This document shows positions 53,205-64,000 of a DNA stretch of 64,000 nucleotides, piece by piece. Under the pieces are notes generated by a model. The model was not told the DNA's origin. It saw only the letters and a program-made list of their open reading frames with translations, and did not search any database. The position numbers and the translations under genes are program-made. How positions within the stretch are numbered: the stretch's first letter is position 1; each line of letters starts with the position of its first letter. Source of the stretch: Chiloscyllium plagiosum (Eukaryota); contig NC_057721.1 in the NCBI RefSeq assembly GCF_004010195.1, forward strand, positions 37,663,093 to 37,727,092, read 5' to 3'.

Positions 53205-53895
53205 GGCATTCGACAACGTTCCCCAAGGGAGACTGATTAGCAAGGTTATATCTCATGGAATACAGGGAGAACTAGCCATTTGGATACAGAACTGGCTCAA
53301 AGGTAGAAGACAGAGGGTGGCGGTGGAGGGTTGTTTTTCAGACTGGAGGCCTATGACCAGTGGAGTGCCACAAGGATCGGTGCTGGGCCCCCTACTTTTT
53401 GTCATTTACATAAATGATTTGGATGCGAGCATAAGAGGTACAGTTTGTAAGTTTGCAGATGACACCAAAATTGAAGGTGTAGTGGACAGCAAAGAGGGTT
53501 ACCTCAGATTACAACAGGATCTNNNNNNNNNNNNNNNNNNNNNNNNNNNNNNNNNNNNNNNNNNNNNNNNNNNNNNNNNNNNNNNNNNNNNNNNNNNNNN
53601 NNNNNNNNNNNNNNNNNNNNNNNNNNNNNNNNNNNNNNNNNNNNNNNNNNNNNNNNNNNNNNNNNNNNNNNNNNNNNNNNNNNNNNNNNNCAGAGTATTG
53701 AGTACAGGAGTTGGGAGGTCATGTTGCGGCTGTACAGGACATTGGTTAGGCCACTGTTGGAATATTGCATGCAATTCTGGTCTCCTTCCTATCGGAAAGA
53801 TGTTGTGAAACTTGAAAGGGTTCAGAAAAGATTTACAAGGATGTTGCCAGGGTTGGAGGATTTGAGCTAAAGGGAGAAGCTGAACAGGCTAGGGC
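53205..53895 (+). mobile_element. Young CR1 RT fragment spanning assembly gap
   Basis: SGVPQGSVLGPLLFVIYINDLD..KFADDTK, then EYCMQFWSP after the gap. Confidence 0.95.
53523..53690. other. Assembly gap (168 N)
   Basis: Run of N. Confidence 1.
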
Positions 53896-55319
53896 CACAA
53901 CAGGAATGGCTAATGACTTCCAACACTTCCAGGGTGTTGCAATATCTGAATTTAACTCATCGCAATTTTACTGTTAAAATTGATATTCATGTTTCAGTAA
54001 TGAACTATTCCTTTGAAGGTTTATTATGAAAAAAAATTTCAGCCATTAACCAGAAAAGGTTTCTCAGTGGATAAATGAATTGTATAAATTACATAAATTA
54101 CAATCTACATGGAATTACAATGTGCCTTCATATGGTAAGACCCTTCACATGCCAAGTATCTACAATATTATTTGCTTGAATATGAGGCAAATCTTCTTCT
54201 ATAATGTCATTAGTGAAATATTGAGTGCTTTAGTGTTTAAAGGAAGGTGTGTAAATGATACCTCAAAGTATCAAAAACTTGCACTTTTTACTTGTTTAGT
54301 CAATGCAAATAATGAAACAAATTTAGTTTGTAAAGATCAAAATATCTAATGCTATCTCATAAGGGATCCGTTTCCTGCTATATAATTTCAAAAAACTGTT
54401 CAAATACACACACAAACAGAATATCACAGCTGTGAAAAAGTAAAGAAAACTGCAAAACACAACTAGTTTTTCATCAAATAAATGCATAAGAGCTGAAACC
54501 TGAAGTTCTCCTCCCTTACCAGGTTACTTGATGATGTCGTAGTTCTTTCTCTCTTGACTGATTATAAAAATAAATGTCTATAGATTTTTGGGAGGTAAAT
54601 GGGTTTACGATTTATGGGGATAGCATGAAAAGGTAATGTTGAAGTGAAAGATTGGCCAAGGGTTTCCTGAATGGTAGTTTGAACTCTGGAAAGTATACTA
54701 TAAATATATAAGCAATATGGGTTTAAGACAATATTTTACAGTTCAGAGTGTTTGTTGTTGATTAAATAACATTTAGTTGATGTTGTTTTTAGTTTCTTTG
54801 ACATAGTAAAAGTCTCAAAACTTGAAATCTTGTGTAATTCCTTAAACTTGGTCAGTGTGCATTGAAATATCTTTTTTTCAAAGTTAACTGTGTGCAGATC
54901 ATGAATCAGTGAATGCACTTGATTTTATCACCTTTGATATCTTCAAAGACCTTGTTTTATATATATATATCGTTACTTCTGCTTCTGAGATGCTTACATG
55001 TGGTGATACACATGAACAAATGGCAAGGATCTATCTGATCATCATTTCTTCAAAGCTCTCACTCTGTCCATGCCTCAGCAGATGCCCTTCATTTCAGATT
55101 TCCCCACAGTGCCCCACTTTTCTGGGATCTTGACATCATGCAGCATAATTATCACTCTGTTGGCTTCTCCAGGGAGGACATTCCATCTGAGGATGCTTGT
55201 TGTGTAGTTGACTCATTGATAAATGGTTTTCTTTAGTTGATTCATGACGCATCACAGTAACTCATCCCATATACAAAGACCCTCCTCCTAATTCAGCTGT
55301 TCATTATTAGTAAGGAATT

Positions 55320-55635
55320 TTAGATTAGATTACTTACAGTGTGGAAACAGGCCATTCACCCCAACAAGTCCACGCCAACCCTCCAAAGAGAAACCCAACC
55401 CCCTATATTTACCCCTGATTAATCTACTAACACTACAGGCAATTTAGCATGGTCAATTCACCTAACCTGCACATCTTTGGACTGTGGGAGGAAAACGGAG
55501 CACCCGGAGGAAACCCACGCAGACACGGGGAGAATGTGCAAACTCCACACAGACAGTTGCCCGAGGTGGGAATTGAACCCGGGGCCCTGGCACTGTGAGG
55601 CAGTAGTGCTAACCACTGAGCCACCGTGCCGCCCC
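55320..55635 (-). mobile_element. HE1-type V-SINE
   Basis: As other copies. Confidence 0.95.
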
Positions 55636-56424
55636 TTGTGAAGATCAACCAGCCCACTGTCCCTCTTGAGCCTTCTCCCATTATGCAATAGACATACATA
55701 TGTCTGCACTCCCTCCAAACCCAAATTAAGCATGATCGTCATGTCCACGTGACTTTTAACCCTCTGATTATTGAAACCACTATTATTTTATCTTTAGAGA
55801 AGCCACCCTCCCCACCCACCACACCATCCAGCAATCCACTTCCTACATCTGACTCTGAAATTTCACTCTACCTTGCTAACTCTGGCTTCTCACTGTCACT
55901 ATCCCAGCTACTTTCCAGCACTGATCATTTAATTCCTAGGACCCTGCTGTTGAAACCACCAACCTTCCCTTTAGATACAATGTTTGACGACTATTGCTGC
56001 ATCTTAAACTTCTCCCACCTACAGCAGCACCAGTCACATTCACATGCAAACCTTGGTTAGCCTCCTTACCCCATGCTCATTACACTGTGGCCTCCCTCTT
56101 TTAGCCATCCTCTGAACCCTGTGCAACTTAACCTACTGCTATCTTATCCCAACAATGGCTTGGCATTGATGTATACTCTCCAAAGAAGGAGGGGTCCAAG
56201 AGCACAGGGTGGGTGGTCAGGGCATTGGGCAGCCAGATTTTTAGGGAATAATATATGAAAGGAAAGGTGTGATCCAGTAAAACCACTAATATATCCATCC
56301 CCTCAAAATAATTTGTTCAATTATGGTACAGTCCCCTCCTTGATTTCTATACCTGTACCATCCTTCTGTATGATGAATATAGATGCAATGTGCTAATTTA
56401 AAATCTCACCTAGATCTTCTGACT

Positions 56425-56425
<1 letters not shown>

Positions 56426-56464
<39 letters not shown>
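56426..56464. repeat. (CA)n microsatellite
   Basis: Direct reading. Confidence 0.95.
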
Positions 56465-56468
<4 letters not shown>

Positions 56469-56898
56469 GTCACCGATAGGCCGTACACCTACTCTGGTTA
56501 TCCTCTTGCCCCAATATCCTCATAAAACACCTTTGGATTTCCCTATGTTTTATCTACCAGTAAGTTTTCATTCCTCCTCTTTAATATATTTTAAAGGTAA
56601 TCTCATGCACTTTTTAAACTCCTCCAGGGCTTCATCCATTTGGACCCCTCAGTATCTGCCATAAGCTTTCTTTTTACTTCTTATCAAATCCTGCACATCC
56701 CTTGACATCTAAATTCTCTCCATTTTTTCGCCTCACCCTTCACATTTACAGGAACATGTTGGCCTGCACTCTCACTATCTCCTTTTTGAATGACTCCTAC
56801 CACTCTGATGTGGGTTTACCAGCAAGTAGGTGCTCCCAGTCCACTTTAGCCAGATCCTGTCTTATATCAAAATTGGCTTTCCTCCACTATATGGTATA

Positions 56899-57056
56899 CA
56901 GAACAACCTCAGTTATGCAAATGTCAATTATCCAAATTTCAGATTATCCAAACAAGATCTCAAGGTCCCATAAAAAAGTTATCCATTATCCGAACAATCG
57001 GTTCCCCGAACAAAATACTCCCCGCCTGTCTCGTTCGCATATGCGAGGTTGTTCTG
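56899..57056. mobile_element. Tigger/pogo-like MITE with TA TSD
   Basis: TA-CAGAACAACCTC ... GAGGTTGTTCTG-TA, with internal ATTATCC(A/G)AA repeats. Confidence 0.85.
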
Positions 57057-57058
57057 TA

Positions 57059-57230
57059 TACCAAGGTCAGCCTCACAACTGTCTTGTAGATGCTTTCTTT
57101 CATTTTTAGCAGTATGTTTCTATCACACAACTCTGCTGCACTTATCCACCTGCTGAAATCAGAGCTAATTTGTTGCTTAGTTCCCTTTTCCATATGTCCA
57201 TCTGCAGCCACCATTGAACACAACTCTTCA
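57059..57230 (-). mobile_element. RTE-clade LINE remnant
   Basis: LCDRNILLKMKESIYKTVVRLTLVY resembles the RTE motif LCDR.IP.KLKGKIYKTVVRP.LLYG. Confidence 0.55.
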
Positions 57231-57269
57231 AATTTTACATCTTTAGTCTGATTCTCTTGCCTAGGCTAA

Positions 57270-57960
57270 ATCTTGGAGTGCAGATTCATAGCTGTTTGAA
57301 AGTAAAGTTGCAGGTAGACAGGGTAGTGAAGAAGGCATTTGGTGTGCTTGCCTTTAAGGGTCAGTGCAATGAGTTGGGAGGTCAATTCACGGCTGTACAA
57401 GTCATTGGTTAGGCCACTTTTGGAATATTGTGTACAGTTCTGGTCTCCCTCCTATGGGAAGGATATTGTGAAACTTGAAAGGGTGCAGAAAAGATTTGCA
57501 AGGATGTTGCCAGGGTTGGGGTGTTTGAGCTATAGGAAGAGGGTGAATCGGTAGAGGCTGTTTTCCCTAGAGTATCAGATGCTGAGGGAAGACCTTATAG
57601 AGGTTTATAAAACCATGAGGAGCATGGATAGGGTAAATAGACAAGGCCTTTTCCCTGTGTTGGGGGTGGGGTCCAGAACTAGAGGACATAGGTTTAGGGT
57701 AAGAGGGGAAATATTTAAAAGGAGCCTTAGCGGCAACTTTTTCACGCAGAGGGTGGTGCGTGTATGGAATGGGCTGCCAGAGTATGGAGCTTGGTACCAT
57801 TACAACATTTAAAAGGCATCTGGATGGATGTCTGAAAGGGTTTAGAGGGATATGGGCCAAATGCTGGCAAATGGGAGAGATTGATTTAGGATATCTGATC
57901 AACATGGCTAAATTGGACCAAAGAGTCTGTTTCCATGCTGTACATCTATATGATTCTATG
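57270..57960 (+). mobile_element. CR1 3' fragment
   Basis: LYKSLVRPLLEYCVQFWSP, DLIEVYK, FFTQRVVRVWN, tail. Confidence 0.95.
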
Positions 57961-58984
57961 TTGGTGCCATTTTTAGTCCTTCAGTTTGTAACAGAGATCT
58001 TTTTCCTTAGAATTCAAAGCAAAACCACAGTATTTCAAATGATTGTTGGTGTGCTGGGAATGGTTGTTCATACTGAGAAGATTTTTGTTTTCATGACCTT
58101 TCCATACTCGAGGTCACCAGGTTGTTGCAATCATTTTTAGTTTGAGAAACGGCTGCATTTGATATGAAAATGTGAGAGTCAGGTTTATATTGAATGGCCA
58201 GGCAAAGGACTGATTAAAACACGCAGTCAATTCACCATCGCTGAAGACAGATTTCTCCCCCAGAGCATCGTTTTGAAATGAACTTTAAAAGCAGCGTAAG
58301 CAGTTGTTATTTGGTCAAGCTGCACTTTATTCCTTTTATAATTAGGTCCTGAATAATTTTGTTCATCTCTACTTAATGGGAATGTTTGAAATTGCTTTGT
58401 AGTACTCAATCCAATAAACTTATTCAAACAATGGAATGGAATTTAAGCAAACACTTGAAAGGCAAATTGCTTATTATAATCAAGATTGTCATTTCCACTT
58501 GCTCTACTCACAGACTTCCATTGCATTTCAACTGGAGACAAAATCATTATTTTGTGCCTTGTGGACACAATAAAGTACTTATGGAAAGCGAGGCTAGCTG
58601 TCGGAGAAAGTAACCATCAAGAGGTTGAATGACGTTAAAGATTACAGTGTACTAGGTACTGATTGAATCAATAGTGAACTAAGGAAGCTGAAGAGTTTCA
58701 TCAGAGTTCAGTAATGATTTTTCAAGTAAGATGATAGAAACTGGGCAAATGCAAGATTGGAAAATAATGCATTTTGCTTTGAGTCCTTCTAAATGAAAAT
58801 CATTTTGGCAACCATACAGCAATCCTCTGACAAGCGGAAGAACATTTTTCAGGTTATTTTCGGTACAAGGTACAAGTAGCCCCATCCTACTTAGCTCTTC
58901 TTGGTGTCAGAAGGGACAAAAACATCTATCATGATTGCATAGTCAAAGTGTGTGCAGCCATTTTAGTGTGAAGCAATTTTTTTC

Positions 58985-59260
58985 ATTCTTGGTAGTGAGC
59001 ATCATGAGCAAGAACAACGTTTATTGACTAGCCTCAATTGCCCTCTGAGTGGCTTGCTAGACTATTTCAGATGGCATTTATGAGTTGACCACATTGCTGT
59101 GGCTCTGGAATCACATATAGACTAGAACTAGGTAAGAGTATCAGATTTCCTCCTCTATAGGTTATTAGTGAACTAGGCAGGTTTATATAACAACCCTTTG
59201 TTTTCTATGAAAAAGAGGAGCTTTTCATTCCACATCTATTAATTAACTGAATGTAAACAC
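58985..59260 (-). mobile_element. tRNA-type SINE (family B tail), decayed
   Basis: Reverse complement resembles 15830-16095. Confidence 0.65.
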
Positions 59261-60221
59261 CATACTTTGATACACAAGGAGATTGTTGTGAGGAGAGAGA
59301 TCCTTGAACAGAGCCTGTTGTGCAGAATTTGTAACCCATGTGTCATTGCAGTGCCTGTGGCAGTGAAAATTCACTGTATTTCTTGTGATTCATGAAAAAC
59401 ATGCAGGTTTTTAGCATCCATCAGTATGGAATCCATTCCTGCATCATGTAGGCTACAATCTCATTCTTCTCAAAAGCTCATGTCTGTTTCAAAGTACTCC
59501 TGGCCATTGGGGTGCAGGAAGGGCTGTGGGACTTACAGCCAGTTATGCAGAATGTGACAGATGACAGTAATGAGCCAGGACCTTCCTTTTAGGTCAATGA
59601 TGTCCTGAGATTGCAGATGAAACATTGTTGTGCCTTTTCAATTTTGACATTCCAGCAATAGAGGATTCAAACTGAAATGTGAGGGGTATAGTCAAACACA
59701 ATAAATGTTTGTTGAGAAATGTGCCACTGCAGAAATTTCTGACCCAAAAGAGTTTCCTTCTCAAGAGATCAGTGTAATATTTGGTGATATTTCAAACCAT
59801 GCTTTGTAATGAACTCTGTGGTGGGATTGTCCAGTTCCAGAAGTAGCAAGAAAAATGCGTATGGATTGACTTCCAAATGACTGTTTAGTCTGGGGGAGAG
59901 AAGGATATCGGTGGTAGTGGACGACATGATGTCCTTAGAAAATATCTCACCATGTTTCTATTAGAGCACATAGTGTGAGACTAAGCACTGAGTTATACAT
60001 TTAAAAATATTCTTCAATGACAAAATGATGGAATCAACCACTAAGCAAAACAGACCAAAGTTATGTTTTGATTCCTAGCTTATACAGTCAGCTGATCTTG
60101 ACCACAGACTAAATTAAGGCACTCCTTACCCCGAACTGCTGAGGCAAATATCATCCAGGGTTTCAGTACCTTTTTTTGCTATGTGTTGTGTCCTACTCAA
60201 AAGTTTATTGCATGATTAGCA

Positions 60222-60520
60222 TCGGCCCAACAAGTCCACACCGATCCTCTGAAGAGTAACCCACCCAAATCAATTTCTCTCTGATTAATGCACCTAACAC
60301 AATGAACCATTTAGCATGGCTAATTCACCTGACCTGCACATCTTTGGACTGTGGGAGGAAACTGGAGCACCCGGAGGAAATCCATACAAACACAGGGAAA
60401 ATGTGCAAACTCCACATAGACAGTCGCCCGAGGCTGGAATCGAACCCGTGTCCCTGGCACTGTGAGGCAGCAGGGCTAACCACTGAGCCACCGTGCAGCC
60501 CCCTGAGCCACCATACTGCC
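60222..60520 (-). mobile_element. HE1-type V-SINE with partially duplicated 5' end
   Basis: As other copies. CTGAGCCACC is repeated at 60483 and 60503. Confidence 0.9.
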
Positions 60521-60879
60521 ATGTAAATATTAAAAAAGAACCCAATCAGCTAGTCTGTGACTCAAGTCATGGCAATAAAGTCCGTGAACAGTCAGTCACT
60601 ATATTCTCTAATGGTGAATGAACATTTGTGCTAGATATTCTAAAGTATTCATCAGCTTTGAAGCCAAGTCACACTGATTCGATGCTCACCAAAAATGGTA
60701 AAAGTCAAGGAACATAAGATTGATGACAACAAAAAATTGAGTCCGAGTTTGCATTCACTTGTCTTGTAGAATAGGTTATTCCAATCCAACCAAGTCAAAT
60801 TGAAATAGTTTTCTTTCTCACAATTGCTCCACCTTCTAGACACGCTGAAGCAACTTGTAATAATATGCAGCAAAGGACT

Positions 60880-61440
60880 TTGAATGCTAGGAATTTGAAA
60901 TAAAAATAGAAATTGCTGGAGAAACTCAGCAGGTCTGGCAGCGTCTGTGGCGAAAAAGTAGAGTTAACGTTTTAGGTCCAGTGACCCTTCATCAGAACTG
61001 ATGGTAGCTAAGAAAAGATTGGTGCATCTGCTGAAGACAGGGGTTGGGGTGGGGGAAGTTAAAGGAGTAAGTGGTAAGTGGAGACAGAGCCCAAATGGAG
61101 AAACGGACAGTTAGGCAGACAAAGGGAGTGGTAATGATGAGCCAGAGGGAAAGAAGAGCTGCTAATGGGAACCATAAGAATGTGAAAATGTGTTGGCTGT
61201 GCTGAAAGAGCAGCCCATGTCATTTTAGGGTGTGGGTGGGTAAAGGACATGGGAGAATGTGCTCAGGTCCTAAAGTTATTGAACTCAATATTGAGTCCTG
61301 AAGGCTGTAGGTCCCCAATCAAATTTGAGACACTGTTCTTCTAAGCTTGTCACTAGAAGCCTGAGACAGAAATGTTGGCCAGGGAACATGGTGATGTGTT
61401 GAAGTAGCAGGCAACTGGAAGCTCAGGGTCATTTTTGTGG
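60880..61440 (-). mobile_element. Penelope 3' end (GIY-YIG C-terminus plus pLTR)
   Basis: Minus strand LQPSGLNIEFNNF, and pLTR with decayed hammerhead AGTT-CTGATGA-A-GGGTC-ACTG-GACCT-AAAA-CGTT-AACT at ~60962-60999. Confidence 0.85.
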
Positions 61441-62109
61441 ATTTATAATAATGTTTAATTACAGTTTCTAGCCCTATTGTGGATATAAGGTAACATCACT
61501 GAATACTTTGCTTATTGGTACTGTGACATTTTCAGTATTCATGGGTTAAAGACTGCTTATTCTAGACAACTGGTTTACAATATATGTCCATTATTTTAAT
61601 ATGTTCTTATCTAATTTTGAACAGTTGCTTGCCAAGTTATTTTGCAGAATTGCTATTTTGTGTAATCAATATTTTAATCTATGCATCTATTGTATCAATA
61701 TATCTGTAATTTAATCAAGTTATATTCTCTCTCTTGTGTGATGTCTCAGTTCATGCAATTGGTGTCATATTGTGAGAATTTCTCACACTATGGATCAGGC
61801 CTTTTGTTTCTACAGGCCATGTATAATTTGCAACTCCACATTGTTGAATATGTTTCCTAGTCTAGTGAGATACCAGAATATGCATAGATTTGACTTTGGA
61901 ATAGATTCTGAACTGATGCCCTGCCCTCAGTTTGCATCAGTGGGACAGCAATGACCAATTCCTACAAACCTCCATTCCCCCATTAAGACAGAAATATTTA
62001 TCCAATTAAATTCAAAGATGGTAAGCAATTCCCTCAGCCTCTTTGTCAGACTCCATTTGTGCCCATCTCCAACAGTTTTATTTTCTCTCCAGTATTGCGT
62101 GTGAATAGG

Positions 62110-63350
62110 TTTTGGGTAGTCAGGAGATGAGTTACTTGCTGCAGGATTCCTAGCCGATGATCTGCTTTTATAGCCGCTGTGCTATATGGCTGGTTCACTT
62201 CAGTTTCTGGTTAATGGTTCCCTCCAGGATGCTGTTATTGGGGATTTATTGATTGCAATGATGTTGAACATCAAAGAGGGATGGTTAGATTCTCTCTTGT
62301 TCGTCATAGTCATTGACTGGCACTTATGTGATATGAATGTTGCTTGCCACTTACGATGTCATGGTGCCTTTGGGCAGAGACTGCTCCAATATCTGAACAG
62401 TGATGAATGCTCCTGAGCATTGAGCAATCACCAGCAAGCATCCCCACATCTGACTTTAAGAGGAGAGAAGGTCATTGATGAAGCAGCTGAGGGTTGGGCC
62501 TAGCACATTTTGCTGAGGAACCCCTGCAGAGAAGTCCTGAGACTGAGATAATTGACCTCTAGCACCCCACAACTAATTTTCTTTGTTGTGGGTATGATTA
62601 CAGCCATCAGAGAATTTTCCCCCGATTCTCATTTGACTCCAGTTCTGATTGGAATCCTTAATGTTATACAGAGTCAAATGTTGCCTTGTTGCCAAAGGCA
62701 GTTACCTCCACATCCCCTGTGGAGTTCAGCTCTTTCCTTCATGTTTTGGCTATCATTGTAATGAGGCCAGGAGTTGAGTGAACCTGGATTTTTCCATTGT
62801 GTTGTTTCTTTCACTACCTGCTGTAGACCCAGTCCAACAGCTATGTTGTTTAGGACTTGGCTAGCTTCATCAACCATGGTACTACTGAGCCATTCTTACT
62901 GATGGGCATTGGTGTGTACAGAATATATTCTGTGCCCTCGCCATTTCTAGATAACTTATTTGATTTCTAATCAAGTATTGGTAGAAATGGCCACCAAATA
63001 GTTCTTGTGGAGACAAAGTCTCATCCTCACATTTAGAATGATTTGCAGGAAATCTTCCTCCTGACTGCGTACCACTGCGTTATCACCTCTGGTGGGTTTA
63101 TCCTGCTGGTAGATCAGAACATATCCAGTGATAGTGATTGTGATAGTGGTGTTCAGGGACATAGTCTATAAATGTATGATTCTGTGAGTATGACTATGTC
63201 AGGCTATTTCTCAAACAATCTGCAAGGCAGCTCTCTCAATTTTAGCACAAGGTCCTAGATGTTAGTGAGGAGGAGTCTGCTGTCTTAACAGAGCTGGATT
63301 TGTCATTGTTGTCTGGTGCCTGGGTTGATGCCATACAGTTCATGTGCAGC
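62110..63350 (-). mobile_element. Family B LINE fragments (RT and endonuclease parts)
   Basis: Colinear with 24660-25340. ITITGYVLIYQQDKPTRG is an APE-endonuclease segment. Confidence 0.8.
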
Positions 63351-63369
63351 CATTCCTTTCTTTTGATCA

Positions 63370-63840
63370 TAGTGATTTACTGCAACCAACTAGCTTTTTA
63401 GGCATTTCTGAGAGCATTTAAGAGTCAATCACAATGCCGAGGTTCTGATGTCACACTTTGCCCAACCTGAGAAGGACATTAGTGAACTAGATGCATTTTT
63501 ACAACAATCAACATTGTTTCATGGTCACTATTTGGCTAGTTCTTCATTCCAAATTTAATAAATGAATTCAAATATGACGATTTGCTATGGTGTGATTTTA
63601 ACCCCTGTTAACTGTGCATTAGCCTGAGTCTCTGGATTACTAGGAGAAAGTGAGGACTGCAGATGCTTGAGATCAGAGCTGAAAATGTGTTGCTGGGTCA
63701 GGCTGCATCCAAGGAGCAGGAGAATCGACGTTTCGGGTATGAGCCCTTCTTCGGCCCTCCTGAAGAAGGGCTCATGCCCGAAACATCAATTCTCTGGATT
63801 ACTAACCTCGTGATATTACCACTGCATTACAACCCTCCCC
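63370..63840 (-). mobile_element. tRNA-type SINE (family B partner) interrupted by Penelope pLTR
   Basis: GAAGGACATTAGTGAACTAGATG core, head at 63795-63840. Confidence 0.7.
63643..63790. mobile_element. Penelope pLTR-derived element with partial palindrome and 14-bp TSD
   Basis: TCTCTGGATTACTA at 63629-63642 and 63791-63804. Hammerhead-like CTGAAGA-A-GGGC-TCAT-GCCC-GAAA at 63760-63783, inverted against ~63728-63753. Same family as 11715-11910. Confidence 0.9.
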
Positions 63841-63852
63841 ATTTTGGCTGTA

Positions 63853-64000
63853 GAGGGGTACTCCTGTACCCGTGAGGGTTACGTTCCAAGACCTACCGCA
63901 GAAGCCTGAAACTGCGGATAGGAGCGAACCCATTCATTTAAATGGGAAATTTACCTTCCCGGCAGCCCCCTGGTCTCTGGTTCCAGAAGGTTCCCTATAA
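63853..64000. mobile_element. Tigger-like DNA transposon end (runs off window)
   Basis: After TA: TACGTTCCAAGACC...GCCTGAAACTGCGGATAG..GAACCC resembles the MER44/Tigger7-type terminus as I recall it. Confidence 0.6.

Noticed and set aside
58684-58714. AG|G AAG CTG AAG (R-K-L-K), which matches the expected start of the next SYTL5 exon
   Set aside because: No polypyrimidine tract upstream, residues diverge immediately (SFIRVQ) and TAA follows. No cysteine-rich zinc-finger sequence is present.

Overview
Vertebrate genomic DNA, AT-rich and CpG-poor. The repeat content (HE1-type V-SINEs, CR1 LINEs, Penelope elements) points to an elasmobranch (shark). The only host coding sequence I can support is the first coding exon of a synaptotagmin-like Rab27 effector, best matching SYTL5 (+ strand, ATG 45029 to splice donor after 45147). 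The ORF track missed it, and no further exon is recognisable in the window. The rest is intronic or intergenic sequence packed with decayed transposons: many CR1 fragments, a second CR1/L2-group LINE with its partner SINE, L2, RTE, a fossil pogo/Tc2 transposase, a fossil Gypsy element, a probable solo LTR, a Mutator-like MITE with a 9-bp TSD, and Tigger-like MITEs. The most notable structure is a set of Penelope-derived insertions, several with TSDs, that form long fold-back palindromes and carry minimal hammerhead-ribozyme motifs with family-specific palindromic loops. Minimal hammerheads in Penelope elements are already known, so I cannot claim a wholly new system. Family assignments come from motif recognition by eye, not database searches. 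There is one assembly gap (168 N, 53523-53690).
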